This document shows positions 1 through 6,700 of a DNA stretch of 16,000 nucleotides, one piece after another. This DNA is from Lacunisphaera sp. (lineage in GTDB: Bacteria; Verrucomicrobiota; Verrucomicrobiia; Opitutales; Opitutaceae), in NCBI GenBank assembly GCA_965249855.1, contig CBDFNB010000014.1, positions 212,965-228,964 on the forward strand, read 5' to 3'. The translations under genes and the position numbers were made by a program. Within the stretch, counting starts at the first letter, position 1; every line of letters starts with the position of its first letter. The notes beneath the pieces are model-generated. The model did not search any database. It was given only the letters and a program-made list of their open reading frames with translations, and was not told the origin of the DNA.

Positions 1-587
1 GGCGCGAGCTGGGCGACGAGCGCGTGGCCCAGCTCGACGAGCGTGGTCAACTGCTTGGAGTTGGCGCGCAGGCGCTCGTATTGCCAGAGGCGGTGCAGGA
101 CGGTGCCGGCCTCGGCGGCGTAGCGGGCGAGCCGCGCCAGGTCGGCGGCGGTGAAGGCGCCGAGCCGGTCGGCGTCGAGGTTCACGATGCCGATGGTGCG
201 GCCGTCAAAAATGAGCGGCGCGGCCATCTCGCTGCGGACGCCGGCGCGGGCGGAAATGTAGCGCGGCTCGGCGGCGACGTCGGCGACGAGCAGCGGCTTG
301 CCGTGCAGCGCGACCCAGCCCGTGATGCCCTGGCCGGGCTTGAGGGCGAACTCGCCGACATCGGGCGGCAGGCCCTGCTGGACGCCGATCTCGAGGCCGC
401 CGGTCTCGGGGCTCAGGAGCGCCAGCGAGCCGCTGTCCGCGGGGAACGCGCCCATGATGGTCGAGAGGATCTGACCCTGCGCGGACGCCGCATCGGCGGC
501 GCTGGAGGCCAGCGAGGCGATGGCGTAGAGGATCCCGATTTCGGATTGGGGATTGGGGATTGCGGATTGTTCTGCGGAATCGGCCAT
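1..587 (-). CDS. GAF domain-containing protein, N-terminal part (CDS runs off the left edge)
   Basis: Absent from the ORF track because it is open at the window edge. My minus-strand translation from the ATG (complement of 585-587) reads MADSAEQSAIPNPQSEIGILYAIASLASSAADAASAQGQILSTIMGAFPADSGSLALLSPETGGLEIGVQQGLPPDVGEFALKPGQGITGWVALHGKPLLVADVAAEPRYISARAGVRSEMAAPLIFDGRTIGIVNLDADRLGAFTAADLARLARYAAEAGTVLHRLWQYERLRANSKQLTTLVELGHALVAQLA... It has strong GC3 bias and the GAF-type motif order (G.GITG, P.LV.DV..P.Y, S.MA.PL...G..IG.VNL). The tail looks like the start of a second GAF-like repeat. The + strand ORF 24..599 is its Gly/Ala/Arg-rich shadow. Confidence 0.75.
   Translation of the reverse strand, partial: MADSAEQSAIPNPQSEIGILYAIASLASSAADAASAQGQILSTIMGAFPADSGSLALLSPETGGLEIGVQQGLPPDVGEFALKPGQGITGWVALHGKPLLVADVAAEPRYISARAGVRSEMAAPLIFDGRTIGIVNLDADRLGAFTAADLARLARYAAEAGTVLHRLWQYERLRANSKQLTTLVELGHALVAQLA
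537..571. repeat. Left arm of the four-helix-bundle cassette: five tandem heptads GATTTCG GATTGGG GATTGGG GATTGCG GATTGTT
   Basis: Read directly from the sequence; period 7. It is the reverse complement of the heptad array at 970-1001. It lies inside codons 6-17 of the GAF CDS (peptide EQSAIPNPQSEI). Confidence 0.9.
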
Positions 588-595
588 GAGGCTGG

Positions 596-949
596 CTAGC
601 GGCGGGATTTGGCGGTGCGGATGGAGGCGACGACCATGGACAGTATTTCGACGCCTTCCTGCTTCAACAAGGCTACTTTGTCCGCTTTGACGCGGTCGCT
701 GTCGACCAATAGTTCCAGCCAGTGGATGGTCTCGTCGCATTCCTCCTCCACGATCGCCATCTTCGCGATGAAATCGGCGCGGGACTTGGCGCGACCGGCG
801 GCCCGGTAATTTGCGCTGACCGAGCAGCCGGCCCGCAGGAGCTGGTGGCCAAGCGTGCGGGCCACATCATCCTTGGGCAGCGAGTCGATCAGCCGGATGA
901 TCCGCAATGAATAGGCCTTGGTGCGGGCGATGAATGCCGTCGAATCCAC
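596..949 (-). CDS. Four-helix-bundle protein, 23S rRNA intervening-sequence protein family (PF05635/TIGR02436-like; same fold family as DGR Avd)
   Basis: 117 aa with a GTG start (complement of 947-949). The sequence MDSTAFIARTKAYSLRIIRLIDSLPKDDVARTLGHQLLRAGCSVSANYRAAGRAKSRADFIAKMAIVEEECDETIHWLELLV... matches the remembered family pattern (..QL.RA..S...N..E...R.S..DF..K..I...E..ET..WL.L). Size and basic C-terminus also fit. Confidence 0.85.
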   Translation of the reverse strand: MDSTAFIARTKAYSLRIIRLIDSLPKDDVARTLGHQLLRAGCSVSANYRAAGRAKSRADFIAKMAIVEEECDETIHWLELLVDSDRVKADKVALLKQEGVEILSMVVASIRTAKSRR

Positions 950-969
950 TCCCAGACGCTAGTGCGGAT

Positions 970-1001
970 AATCCGCAATCCGCAATCCACGATCCGCAAT
1001 C
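970..1001. repeat. Right arm of the four-helix-bundle cassette: AATCCGC AATCCGC AATCCAC GATCCGC AATC
   Basis: Read directly; period 7. It is the reverse complement of the GATTGCG heptad family at 537-571, with about 23 of 28 positions complementary in the best register. The last heptad supplies 2 of the 3 bases of the glnD stop codon (complement of 1000-1002). A local perfect palindrome TGCGGAT-A-ATCCGCA sits at 963-977. Confidence 0.9.
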
Positions 1002-3810
1002 AGACGGCGGCCGTCGCGGCCGGCGTGATGATCGCGCGCAGGGCGTCGCGCAGCGTGTGCAGCTTGGCGGGGTCGACCGGGCCGGCGTCGGGCTGGTTGG
1101 GCTCGATGTAGAAGGTGTCGATCGCGACGCTGCGCTCGGTGTTGATGCGGGCGAACGTGGTGTCGAAGCCGTGGTCGGAGATCGTCTTCACCAGGCGGTA
1201 GAGCAGGCCGATCTGGTCGTGCGCCTGCACCTCGACGATGATGCGGTTGAGCGAGAGCTCGTGGTAGACCTCGACGGTCGGCGGGAAGGAGGCGGGCAGT
1301 TCGGAGGCCGCGGGGGCGGTGTAGCGCGAGGCCTCGGCGAATTTCTTGGCCTGGGCGGTGATGTCGGGCAGCAGGTCGCGGTTGTTGACCAGCGCCTCCT
1401 CGACCGTGCGGGCGAGGGTGTCCATGGCCTTCTGGTTCTGGACGACGCCGCGGCCGGGCTCGACGACGTGGAAGGTGTCGATGGCGATGTGGTCGGAGCG
1501 CGTGGTGATCTTGGCGGAAAGGATGCTCAGGCCGGCGACGCTGAAGGCGCCGGCGAGCTTGTAGAAGAGGCCGGCGCGGTCCCACGTGACAACGTGCACC
1601 GTGGTGTAGCTGCGGTTGATGTCGTCCTTCCACTCGATGACGGGCCGCAGGGAGCCAAGCGAGTCAGCGGCCGAGATGGAATGCAGCAGCCGGTTGACCA
1701 TCCGGATGTGCAGCGTGATCTCGGGCGCGTCGGTCTGGATGAAATAGCGCTCGGGCAGGAGGTTGAAATGCGCGGTGATCTCATCCGGGCTGATGCCGGG
1801 GATGGTCTGGGCGATGAGGGTCTGGCGGGTCATTTCAATGCGCTCGCGGAGGCGGGTTTCAACTTTGTCGCCGAGGGTCAGGCGCTCGAGCGTGGTGTCG
1901 AACAGGCGCCGGTGCAGCGAGTTCTTGTAGCCGTTCCACAGGCCGGCCGCCGTGCCGCGCGCGTCGCAGTAGGTGTGCACGTAAAGGTAGCGGAGCCAGT
2001 CCGGCTCCACGACCAGCTCGGCAAAGGAGGCTGAAGTCTGGGGGTCATCCAGGTCGTGTTTCTGCCAGAACCGTGCCATCACCAAGTGATTTTTGATGAT
2101 AAAGTTGATGGTTTCCCGGCTGGCCGGATCGACCTGGAGGCGGTCGAGCACCGGGGCGGCCATCGTCACGCCGGCCTCGGCGTGGCCCTGGATGCCCTCG
2201 CCCTTGCCGATGTCGTGCAGGAGGAGGATGAGGTAGAGGAGCGACGGGCTGGTGGTCTTGTGCAGCTCGGTGCGGTAGCTCTCGGCGATGGTCTCGGTGG
2301 CCGTGAAGATGGCGTCTAGTTCCCGGATGGCACTCAGCGTGTGGATGTCCGCGGTGTAGCGGTGGTAATACTCGTGCTGCACCAGGCAGGTCAGCGGGGC
2401 GAACTCCGGCATGAACTTCCCCAGCACGCCCAGTTCATGCATGAGGGCCAGCGCCGGGTAAACCTGGCCGGACTCCTCCAGCATGGTGCGGAAGCTCAGG
2501 TTCGCATCGAGGGAGGAGATGACCTTCTTCGTGATCAGCTTCAGCGAGCCGCGGATGAGCGCGGCGAGGTCGACATCGGGCGTGCAGCCGAGCTGCTGGC
2601 AATGGCGGAAAACGCGGATGAGGCGGACGGGGTCCTCCTTGAAGACGTTCGGGTTCTCCGCGGCGAGTTCGCGGCCGCGCAGGAGGAAGCCGTCGAGGCG
2701 CTTGGTGCGGTCGGCGCGGCGGGCGAGGAGGAGGTTCTTGAGCGAACCGACGATGCCCGGGCCGGCGGCGATGGTAAGCGCGAGGCGCTGCTCGATGATC
2801 TTCGAGATGCGGTAGATGGCCTGCGCGTGGCCGTAGTAGTCCTGCATGAACGCCTCGACGCGCTCGAGCAGGACCTTCTGCGGGTAGCCGAGGTTGGCCG
2901 CGAGGCGGGGCTGCGTCTCGAGGTTGAGCACATCCGTGGGATGCTTGCTCATGTAATGGAGCTCGTTGCGCACGCGGAGCAGGAAGTGGTAGCCGCGCTG
3001 GAAGGCGCGCAGCTCGGCGGGCTGCAGGTAGTGCTGCTTCTCCAGCTCGTCCATGCGCGAGATGCCGAGGCGGACGCGGGCCATCCAGAGGGCGTTCTGG
3101 TAGTCGCGGAGGCCGCCGACGCCGTTCTTGATGTCGGGCTCCTGCATGAAGACGGTGTCGCCGTTCTGCGCGCGGCGGCTGGCCTGGTCGGCGAGGCGGG
3201 CGGCGATGTAGCCCTTGGGGTCGTCGTTGAGGTAGTGCTTGCGGTAGGTCTCGGCGAAATTTTCGTAGAGCGCCTCGGCGCCCGCGATGAGGCGCGACTC
3301 AAGCAGGGAGGTCTTGGTGCGGATGTCGCGCGCGGCCTCGGAGAAGATCTCGTTGAGCGTGCGGGTGGAATGGCCGACCTTGAGCTTCAGGTCCCAGAGC
3401 GGGTAGAGCACGCCGTTGGAGAGGTGCTCCTGGAACTTTGCCAGGTTCTTCACGTTCGACGGGTAGAGGAACATCACGTCCACGTCGCTCAGCGGGCTGA
3501 GCTCGGCGCGGCCGTAGCCGCCGAGGGCGATGAGGCAGACGGGGGAGGGGGGCTCGCCGTTGGCCTTTCGCCAGCTGTCCAGGGCGGCGGCAAAGAGCGG
3601 CTGGAGCAGGCGGTCCATGCGGTTGGCGAGCGCGTGGGCGATCTTGTGGCCCGGGTCGCCCGCGCGGTGGCGCTGGGAGATGCGCTCGCTCTCGGCCGCC
3701 AGGTAGGCCTTGCAGGCGGCCAGACGCTCCGCGGCCGGGCTTTCGCTCGTGAAAGCGGGCTGGAGGCGGGCGGTGGGCGTGGCTCGGCCGGTCATGGGAG
3801 GGGCTAACAT
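1000..3810 (-). CDS. glnD: [Protein-PII] uridylyltransferase / uridylyl-removing enzyme
   Basis: 936-aa ORF with the nucleotidyltransferase motif GGYGRAELSPLSDVDVMFL and an HD domain (LLLHDIGKG). It has two C-terminal ACT-like repeats (VHVVTWDRAGLFYKLAGAFS... and IIVEVQAHDQIGLLYRLVKTIS...). Length is typical of GlnD. An alternative start is at 3795 (MTGRAT). Confidence 0.95.
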   Translation of the reverse strand: MLAPPMTGRATPTARLQPAFTSESPAAERLAACKAYLAAESERISQRHRAGDPGHKIAHALANRMDRLLQPLFAAALDSWRKANGEPPSPVCLIALGGYGRAELSPLSDVDVMFLYPSNVKNLAKFQEHLSNGVLYPLWDLKLKVGHSTRTLNEIFSEAARDIRTKTSLLESRLIAGAEALYENFAETYRKHYLNDDPKGYIAARLADQASRRAQNGDTVFMQEPDIKNGVGGLRDYQNALWMARVRLGISRMDELEKQHYLQPAELRAFQRGYHFLLRVRNELHYMSKHPTDVLNLETQPRLAANLGYPQKVLLERVEAFMQDYYGHAQAIYRISKIIEQRLALTIAAGPGIVGSLKNLLLARRADRTKRLDGFLLRGRELAAENPNVFKEDPVRLIRVFRHCQQLGCTPDVDLAALIRGSLKLITKKVISSLDANLSFRTMLEESGQVYPALALMHELGVLGKFMPEFAPLTCLVQHEYYHRYTADIHTLSAIRELDAIFTATETIAESYRTELHKTTSPSLLYLILLLHDIGKGEGIQGHAEAGVTMAAPVLDRLQVDPASRETINFIIKNHLVMARFWQKHDLDDPQTSASFAELVVEPDWLRYLYVHTYCDARGTAAGLWNGYKNSLHRRLFDTTLERLTLGDKVETRLRERIEMTRQTLIAQTIPGISPDEITAHFNLLPERYFIQTDAPEITLHIRMVNRLLHSISAADSLGSLRPVIEWKDDINRSYTTVHVVTWDRAGLFYKLAGAFSVAGLSILSAKITTRSDHIAIDTFHVVEPGRGVVQNQKAMDTLARTVEEALVNNRDLLPDITAQAKKFAEASRYTAPAASELPASFPPTVEVYHELSLNRIIVEVQAHDQIGLLYRLVKTISDHGFDTTFARINTERSVAIDTFYIEPNQPDAGPVDPAKLHTLRDALRAIITPAATAAV

Positions 3811-3867
3811 GAGCAGCGCAACCCGCTGGGGAAAAGCTGGAAATGCCCCGCCCGCCGGCCAAAGCGT

Positions 3868-3912
3868 GCAATAAAAATATCTGGTTGACGGACGAATCCG
3901 GGGGCGAATACT
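3868..3912 (+). promoter_or_regulatory. Candidate sigma70-type promoter for tRNA-Gly
   Basis: An A/T-rich UP-like tract GCAATAAAAATATC is followed by TTGACG (3885-3890), a 16-nt spacer and AATACT (3907-3912). This ends 13 nt before the tRNA 5' end. Consensus matching only; promoter rules for this lineage are uncertain. Confidence 0.4.
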
Positions 3913-3925
3913 CCGCCTCTCCCAC

Positions 3926-4001
<76 letters not shown>

Positions 4002-4007
4002 TTTCAG

Positions 4008-4049
4008 AAACCCCCGGTAGCTCAACGAGTTGCCGGGGGTTTTGATTTT
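4008..4049 (+). terminator. Rho-independent terminator after tRNA-Gly
   Basis: The outer stem CCCCCGG (4011-4017) pairs with CCGGGGG (4033-4039). It is extended inward by TAGCTC/GAGTTG around a 3-nt loop. The hairpin is followed by TTTTGATTTT. Confidence 0.8.
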
Positions 4050-4123
4050 CCGGGGCGAGCCAGTGCCAGCAATAAAGGCCGCTGGTGCCGACGGATCGTC
4101 GAACCGCAGCGAGGTTTACGCCA

Positions 4124-4633
4124 TCAATCGTAGATCCACGGGACCCCGGCAAAGGTCGTCCGGGCGGCTTTCGCGCGCGGTTTCCCGGTTTGCTGCGTGA
4201 TGGGCACAAGCACGACCGGGCAGGGGGATTTGCGCAGGATTTCCCTCGTCGTGCTGCCCGCGATGAGATCGTGCATCGCGCCATGGCCGTGCGAGCCGAT
4301 GACGATGTAGTCGGGGTTGATCCGGCGCGCGCTCCGCAGGATCACGTCGGCGGCCGGTCCCTCGTGCAGCACCATCTTCGTTCCCGGGAGGCGCTTGTTG
4401 AACCAGTGCTGCAGCGCCTGCAGCTTGTGGGCCGAGGCTTTCCGGGACTTGCGGTTGAACGCGACCACCTGGGTCGCGGTGAAGGCGTCGAAGCCGTAGA
4501 TCGCGGGCGGAAAAGGCGGCACCGCGTGCAGGATGACCAGCTGGCTGCCGAGCGCCTTGGCCAGGTCGGCCGCCGCGTTGCAGACGCGAACCGTCGCGCC
4601 CGAGAGATCAACAGGAACCAGGATTCTTTTCAT
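4124..4633 (-). CDS. Universal stress protein (UspA family)
   Basis: The N-terminus is MKRILVPVDLSGATVRVCNAAADLAKALGSQLVILHAV. The C-terminal region has the ATP-binding-type motif GSHGHGAMHDLIAGSTTREILRKSPCPVVLVP. I chose the ATG at 4633 (169 aa) rather than the ORF-track start at 4687, because Usp domains begin at the K.ILV..D strand. Confidence 0.85.
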   Translation of the reverse strand: MKRILVPVDLSGATVRVCNAAADLAKALGSQLVILHAVPPFPPAIYGFDAFTATQVVAFNRKSRKASAHKLQALQHWFNKRLPGTKMVLHEGPAADVILRSARRINPDYIVIGSHGHGAMHDLIAGSTTREILRKSPCPVVLVPITQQTGKPRAKAARTTFAGVPWIYD

Positions 4634-4798
4634 AGTAAGGCACGTTAGTCCCGGAAGCGGCCGGCGGCTGCGCGTCAATTGGCGCATGCCAGCCGGAAAT
4701 TGGTGTGCGATTTTCCGGGCCCGGGGGCGGGTTCATCTGACTGATCGGAGATTTTTGGCTTCCGGCCGGGAGCGGCAGCGGCTTGGCTGGGGCGTCTC

Positions 4799-5272
4799 AT
4801 GCAGAAAGTGAAGAAAGCCATGCGGTTCACCGGTCTTGGTCTCCTGCTGATACTCGGCGCGCTGCAGTTCCACCGCTCGCCCCGCAACACCGGGGCCGCC
4901 GAGGGGTCCGAGTCGATCGTCGCGCGGGAGAAAGTCCCGCCCGGCGTGCACCAGATCCTCGCGCGGGCCTGCTATGACTGCCACTCGAACAACACGAAAT
5001 ATCCGTGGTATGCCGCGGTGCAGCCCGTCGCCTGGTGGCTCAACGATCATGTGACCGAGGGGAAGTCCGAGCTGAATTTCTCCGGATTCGCCGCCTACGA
5101 CGCCAAGCGCGCCGTCCGCAAGCTGCGGTCCGTGGCCGACGAGGTGCACGAGCGTCACATGCCGCTCAAATCCTACCTGCTCGCCCACCCGGAGGCGAGG
5201 CTGACCGATGCCGATGTCGCGCTCGTCACCACCTGGGCCGAGGACCTGGCCGACGAAATCGAGTCGCGCTGA
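4799..5272 (+). CDS. Haem-binding domain protein (PF14376-like), N-terminal membrane anchor or signal, CXXCH motif
   Basis: 157 aa with a hydrophobic N-terminus (FTGLGLLLILGAL). The motif ACYDCHSNNTKYPWYAAVQPVAWWLNDHV is the remembered signature of the haem-binding domain family and contains CXXCH. An alternative start is at 4820. Confidence 0.8.
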   Translation: MQKVKKAMRFTGLGLLLILGALQFHRSPRNTGAAEGSESIVAREKVPPGVHQILARACYDCHSNNTKYPWYAAVQPVAWWLNDHVTEGKSELNFSGFAAYDAKRAVRKLRSVADEVHERHMPLKSYLLAHPEARLTDADVALVTTWAEDLADEIESR

Positions 5273-5294
5273 GGCCGCCCGTCCGGTAACCACC

Positions 5295-5315
5295 CCCGTC
5301 TTCCACCCGTCTTCC
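5295..5315 (+). repeat. Tandem direct repeat CCCGTCTTCC-A-CCCGTCTTCC (period 11)
   Basis: Read directly. It lies 16 nt upstream of the b562-like start codon, in a pyrimidine-rich leader. Function unknown. Confidence 0.5.
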
Positions 5316-5330
5316 CTGCTTCAACCCACC

Positions 5331-5813
5331 ATGAAATCACAGACCCGCCTGCTTGCCACCCTGACTGTCCTCCTCGCCGGTTCGATCGCCTTTGCGGCCG
5401 ACGCTGCTCCCGCTCCCGCGGCCCCGGCGGCCGCGCCGAAGGAAAAGAAACCCGAGACCGAGCTCAGCCAGAAGATGGACAAGATGAACTCGGCCTTCCG
5501 CAAGCTCCGCCGCCAGGCCGGTGATGCGACGAAGAACGCCGACTCGCTCGAGCAGGTCGCCATCCTGCGCGAATACGCCCAAGCCTCGGTCAAGCTCGAG
5601 CCCTACAAGGCCGGCGAAGTGCCGGCCGGCGACCGGGCCAAGCTGGTCGAGGGCTACCAGGCCAAGATCAAGGAATTCCAGGCGGTCGTTGCGAAACTAG
5701 AGGCCGCCTTCAAGGCCGGCCAGAACGAGGAGGCCGTCAAGATCGTCCAGGACCTCGGCGCGCTGCAGAAAGAGGGACACAAGGAATACAAATCGAAGTC
5801 GCTCGATCACTGA
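5331..5813 (+). CDS. Cytochrome b562-family-like periplasmic four-helix protein
   Basis: The start is taken at MKSQTRLLATLTVLLAGSIAFA-ADA (signal peptide), followed by an Ala/Pro linker. The mature part aligns by eye with E. coli cytochrome b562. An N-terminal Met is present (SQKMDKMNSAF vs LEDNMETLNDNL). A central P.K segment and the C-terminal GHKEYK vs AYHQKYR (His ligand position) also correspond. Confidence 0.6.
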   Translation: MKSQTRLLATLTVLLAGSIAFAADAAPAPAAPAAAPKEKKPETELSQKMDKMNSAFRKLRRQAGDATKNADSLEQVAILREYAQASVKLEPYKAGEVPAGDRAKLVEGYQAKIKEFQAVVAKLEAAFKAGQNEEAVKIVQDLGALQKEGHKEYKSKSLDH

Positions 5814-5850
5814 GACTGGGCTTGGCCCAGCGGGCCTCTCGTCCGGCAAG

Positions 5851-5877
5851 AAACCGCTGTCCCTCGGCGGTTTTTTT
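5851..5877 (+). terminator. Rho-independent terminator after the b562-like gene
   Basis: Hairpin CCGCTG-TCCCT-CGGCGG is flanked by AAA and followed by TTTTTTT (5871-5877). Confidence 0.7.
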
Positions 5878-5892
5878 GTTATCCCGGTTGGC

Positions 5893-6573
5893 GTGAAAGC
5901 CTCCGAATTTTTCGCCCTGCCCCCGTCGCTGGCCCGGTTCGCCAAGTTCTTTCCCGCCTCCGCCACGCCGTGGGACTGGCTGAAGCAGGTCGGTGCCGCG
6001 CTGGAGGGCATCGAGGCCAATCCCGCCGGCCCGAAGATCCCGCCGGGGGTGCACATTGAGGGCAAGGTCTGGCTCCACGCCTCGGTCAAGCTCCCGCCCT
6101 TTGCCGTCATCCAGGGCCCCGCTTACATCGGCGCCAGCACCCAGATCCGCCCCGGCGCGTTCATCCGCGGCAACGTCATCGCCGGCGAGAACTGCGTCCT
6201 CGGCAACTCGAGCGAGTTCAAGAACTGCCTGCTGCTCGACGGCGTGCAGGCCGCGCATTTCAACTACGTCGGTGACTCGCTCCTCGGCAACGGCGCGCAC
6301 CTCGGCGCCGGCGTCATCTGCTCCAACCTGCGCCTCGACCAGGGCGAGGTGATCGTGCGGCTGCCCAACGAGACGATCAACACCGGCCTGAGGAAATTCG
6401 GCGCCGTGATCGGCGACAAGGCCGAGATCGGCTGCAACGCCGTGCTCAATCCCGGCTCGCTGATCGGTCCGCGCGCACTGATCATGCCCTGCACGGCCTT
6501 CAGCGGCTACGTGGCCGCCAGCACCGTCGCCCGCACGCGCCACGCCATCACGACGATGCTGCGGCGGGACTGA
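5893..6573 (+). CDS. Hexapeptide-repeat (left-handed beta-helix) transferase-family protein
   Basis: 226 aa with a GTG start. It shows repeated [LIV]-G-x4 hexapeptide periodicity (IGASTQIRPGAFIRGNVIAGENCVLGNSSEFKNCLLLDGVQAAHFNYVGDSLLGNGAHLGAGVICSN...IGDKAEIGCNAVLNPGSLIG). It resembles the C-terminal LbH part of sugar-nucleotidyl/acetyltransferases. The substrate cannot be called. Confidence 0.75.
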   Translation: MKASEFFALPPSLARFAKFFPASATPWDWLKQVGAALEGIEANPAGPKIPPGVHIEGKVWLHASVKLPPFAVIQGPAYIGASTQIRPGAFIRGNVIAGENCVLGNSSEFKNCLLLDGVQAAHFNYVGDSLLGNGAHLGAGVICSNLRLDQGEVIVRLPNETINTGLRKFGAVIGDKAEIGCNAVLNPGSLIGPRALIMPCTAFSGYVAASTVARTRHAITTMLRRD

Positions 6574-6582
6574 CGGGCCGCC

Positions 6583-6664
6583 TTGAAAGTTAAACGCTGA
6601 AGGTTGAAAGCAGGTCCCTCCGGGTGGTTTTGCCGGCTTTCAACTTTCACCTTTCAACTTTGAA
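6583..6664. repeat. Gene-less heptad-arm hairpin between the LbH gene and trpS
   Basis: The left arm is TTGAAAG TTAAACG CTGAAGG TTGAAAG C (6583-6611). The right arm is G CTTTCAA CTTTCAC CTTTCAA CTTTGAA (6636-6664). 24 of 29 positions are complementary, and the loop is 24 nt (AGGTCCCTCCGGGTGGTTTTGCCG). Confidence 0.85.
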
Positions 6665-6700
6665 CTGAATCGCCTCCACTCCACCGACCAGCGATTCCTT

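Noticed and set aside
596-949. Four-helix-bundle gene as the Avd component of a diversity-generating retroelement
   Set aside because: No reverse transcriptase gene and no template/variable repeat pair with A-specific differences is present anywhere in the window. The neighbours are glnD and a GAF gene.
537-1001. A genuine 23S rRNA intervening sequence
   Set aside because: The flanking sequence is protein-coding (glnD stop, GAF start) with strong codon bias. No 23S rRNA helices are recognisable on either side.
934-3807. Long + strand ORFs 934..2034 (366 aa) and 2341..3807 (488 aa), antisense to glnD
   Set aside because: They have extreme Gly/Ala/Arg/Asp/Val composition with no recognisable motifs. 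They lie exactly opposite a strongly supported glnD frame. These are typical shadow ORFs of high-GC genomes.
4634-4687. Longer universal stress protein start at 4687 (ORF-track 187 aa)
   Set aside because: The extra 18 residues (MRQLTRSRRPLPGLTCLT) are Arg/Pro-rich and precede the canonical MKRILVPVD beginning of Usp domains. The start at 4633 is preferred.
4634-4798. Imperfect palindrome GCGTCAATTGGCGC (about 4674-4687) in the usp / haem-protein divergent spacer as a regulator site
   Set aside because: Only 12 of 14 positions are symmetric, it is a single occurrence, and there is no known motif to anchor it. This is too weak to call.
6575-6700. T-box or other leader riboswitch for trpS (the hairpin loop contains GGGTGGT, reminiscent of the T-box motif)
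   Set aside because: The spacer is only about 127 nt. It has no Stem I/specifier architecture and no terminator/antiterminator pair. The 7-nt match sits in the loop of a heptad-repeat hairpin. This is most likely coincidence.
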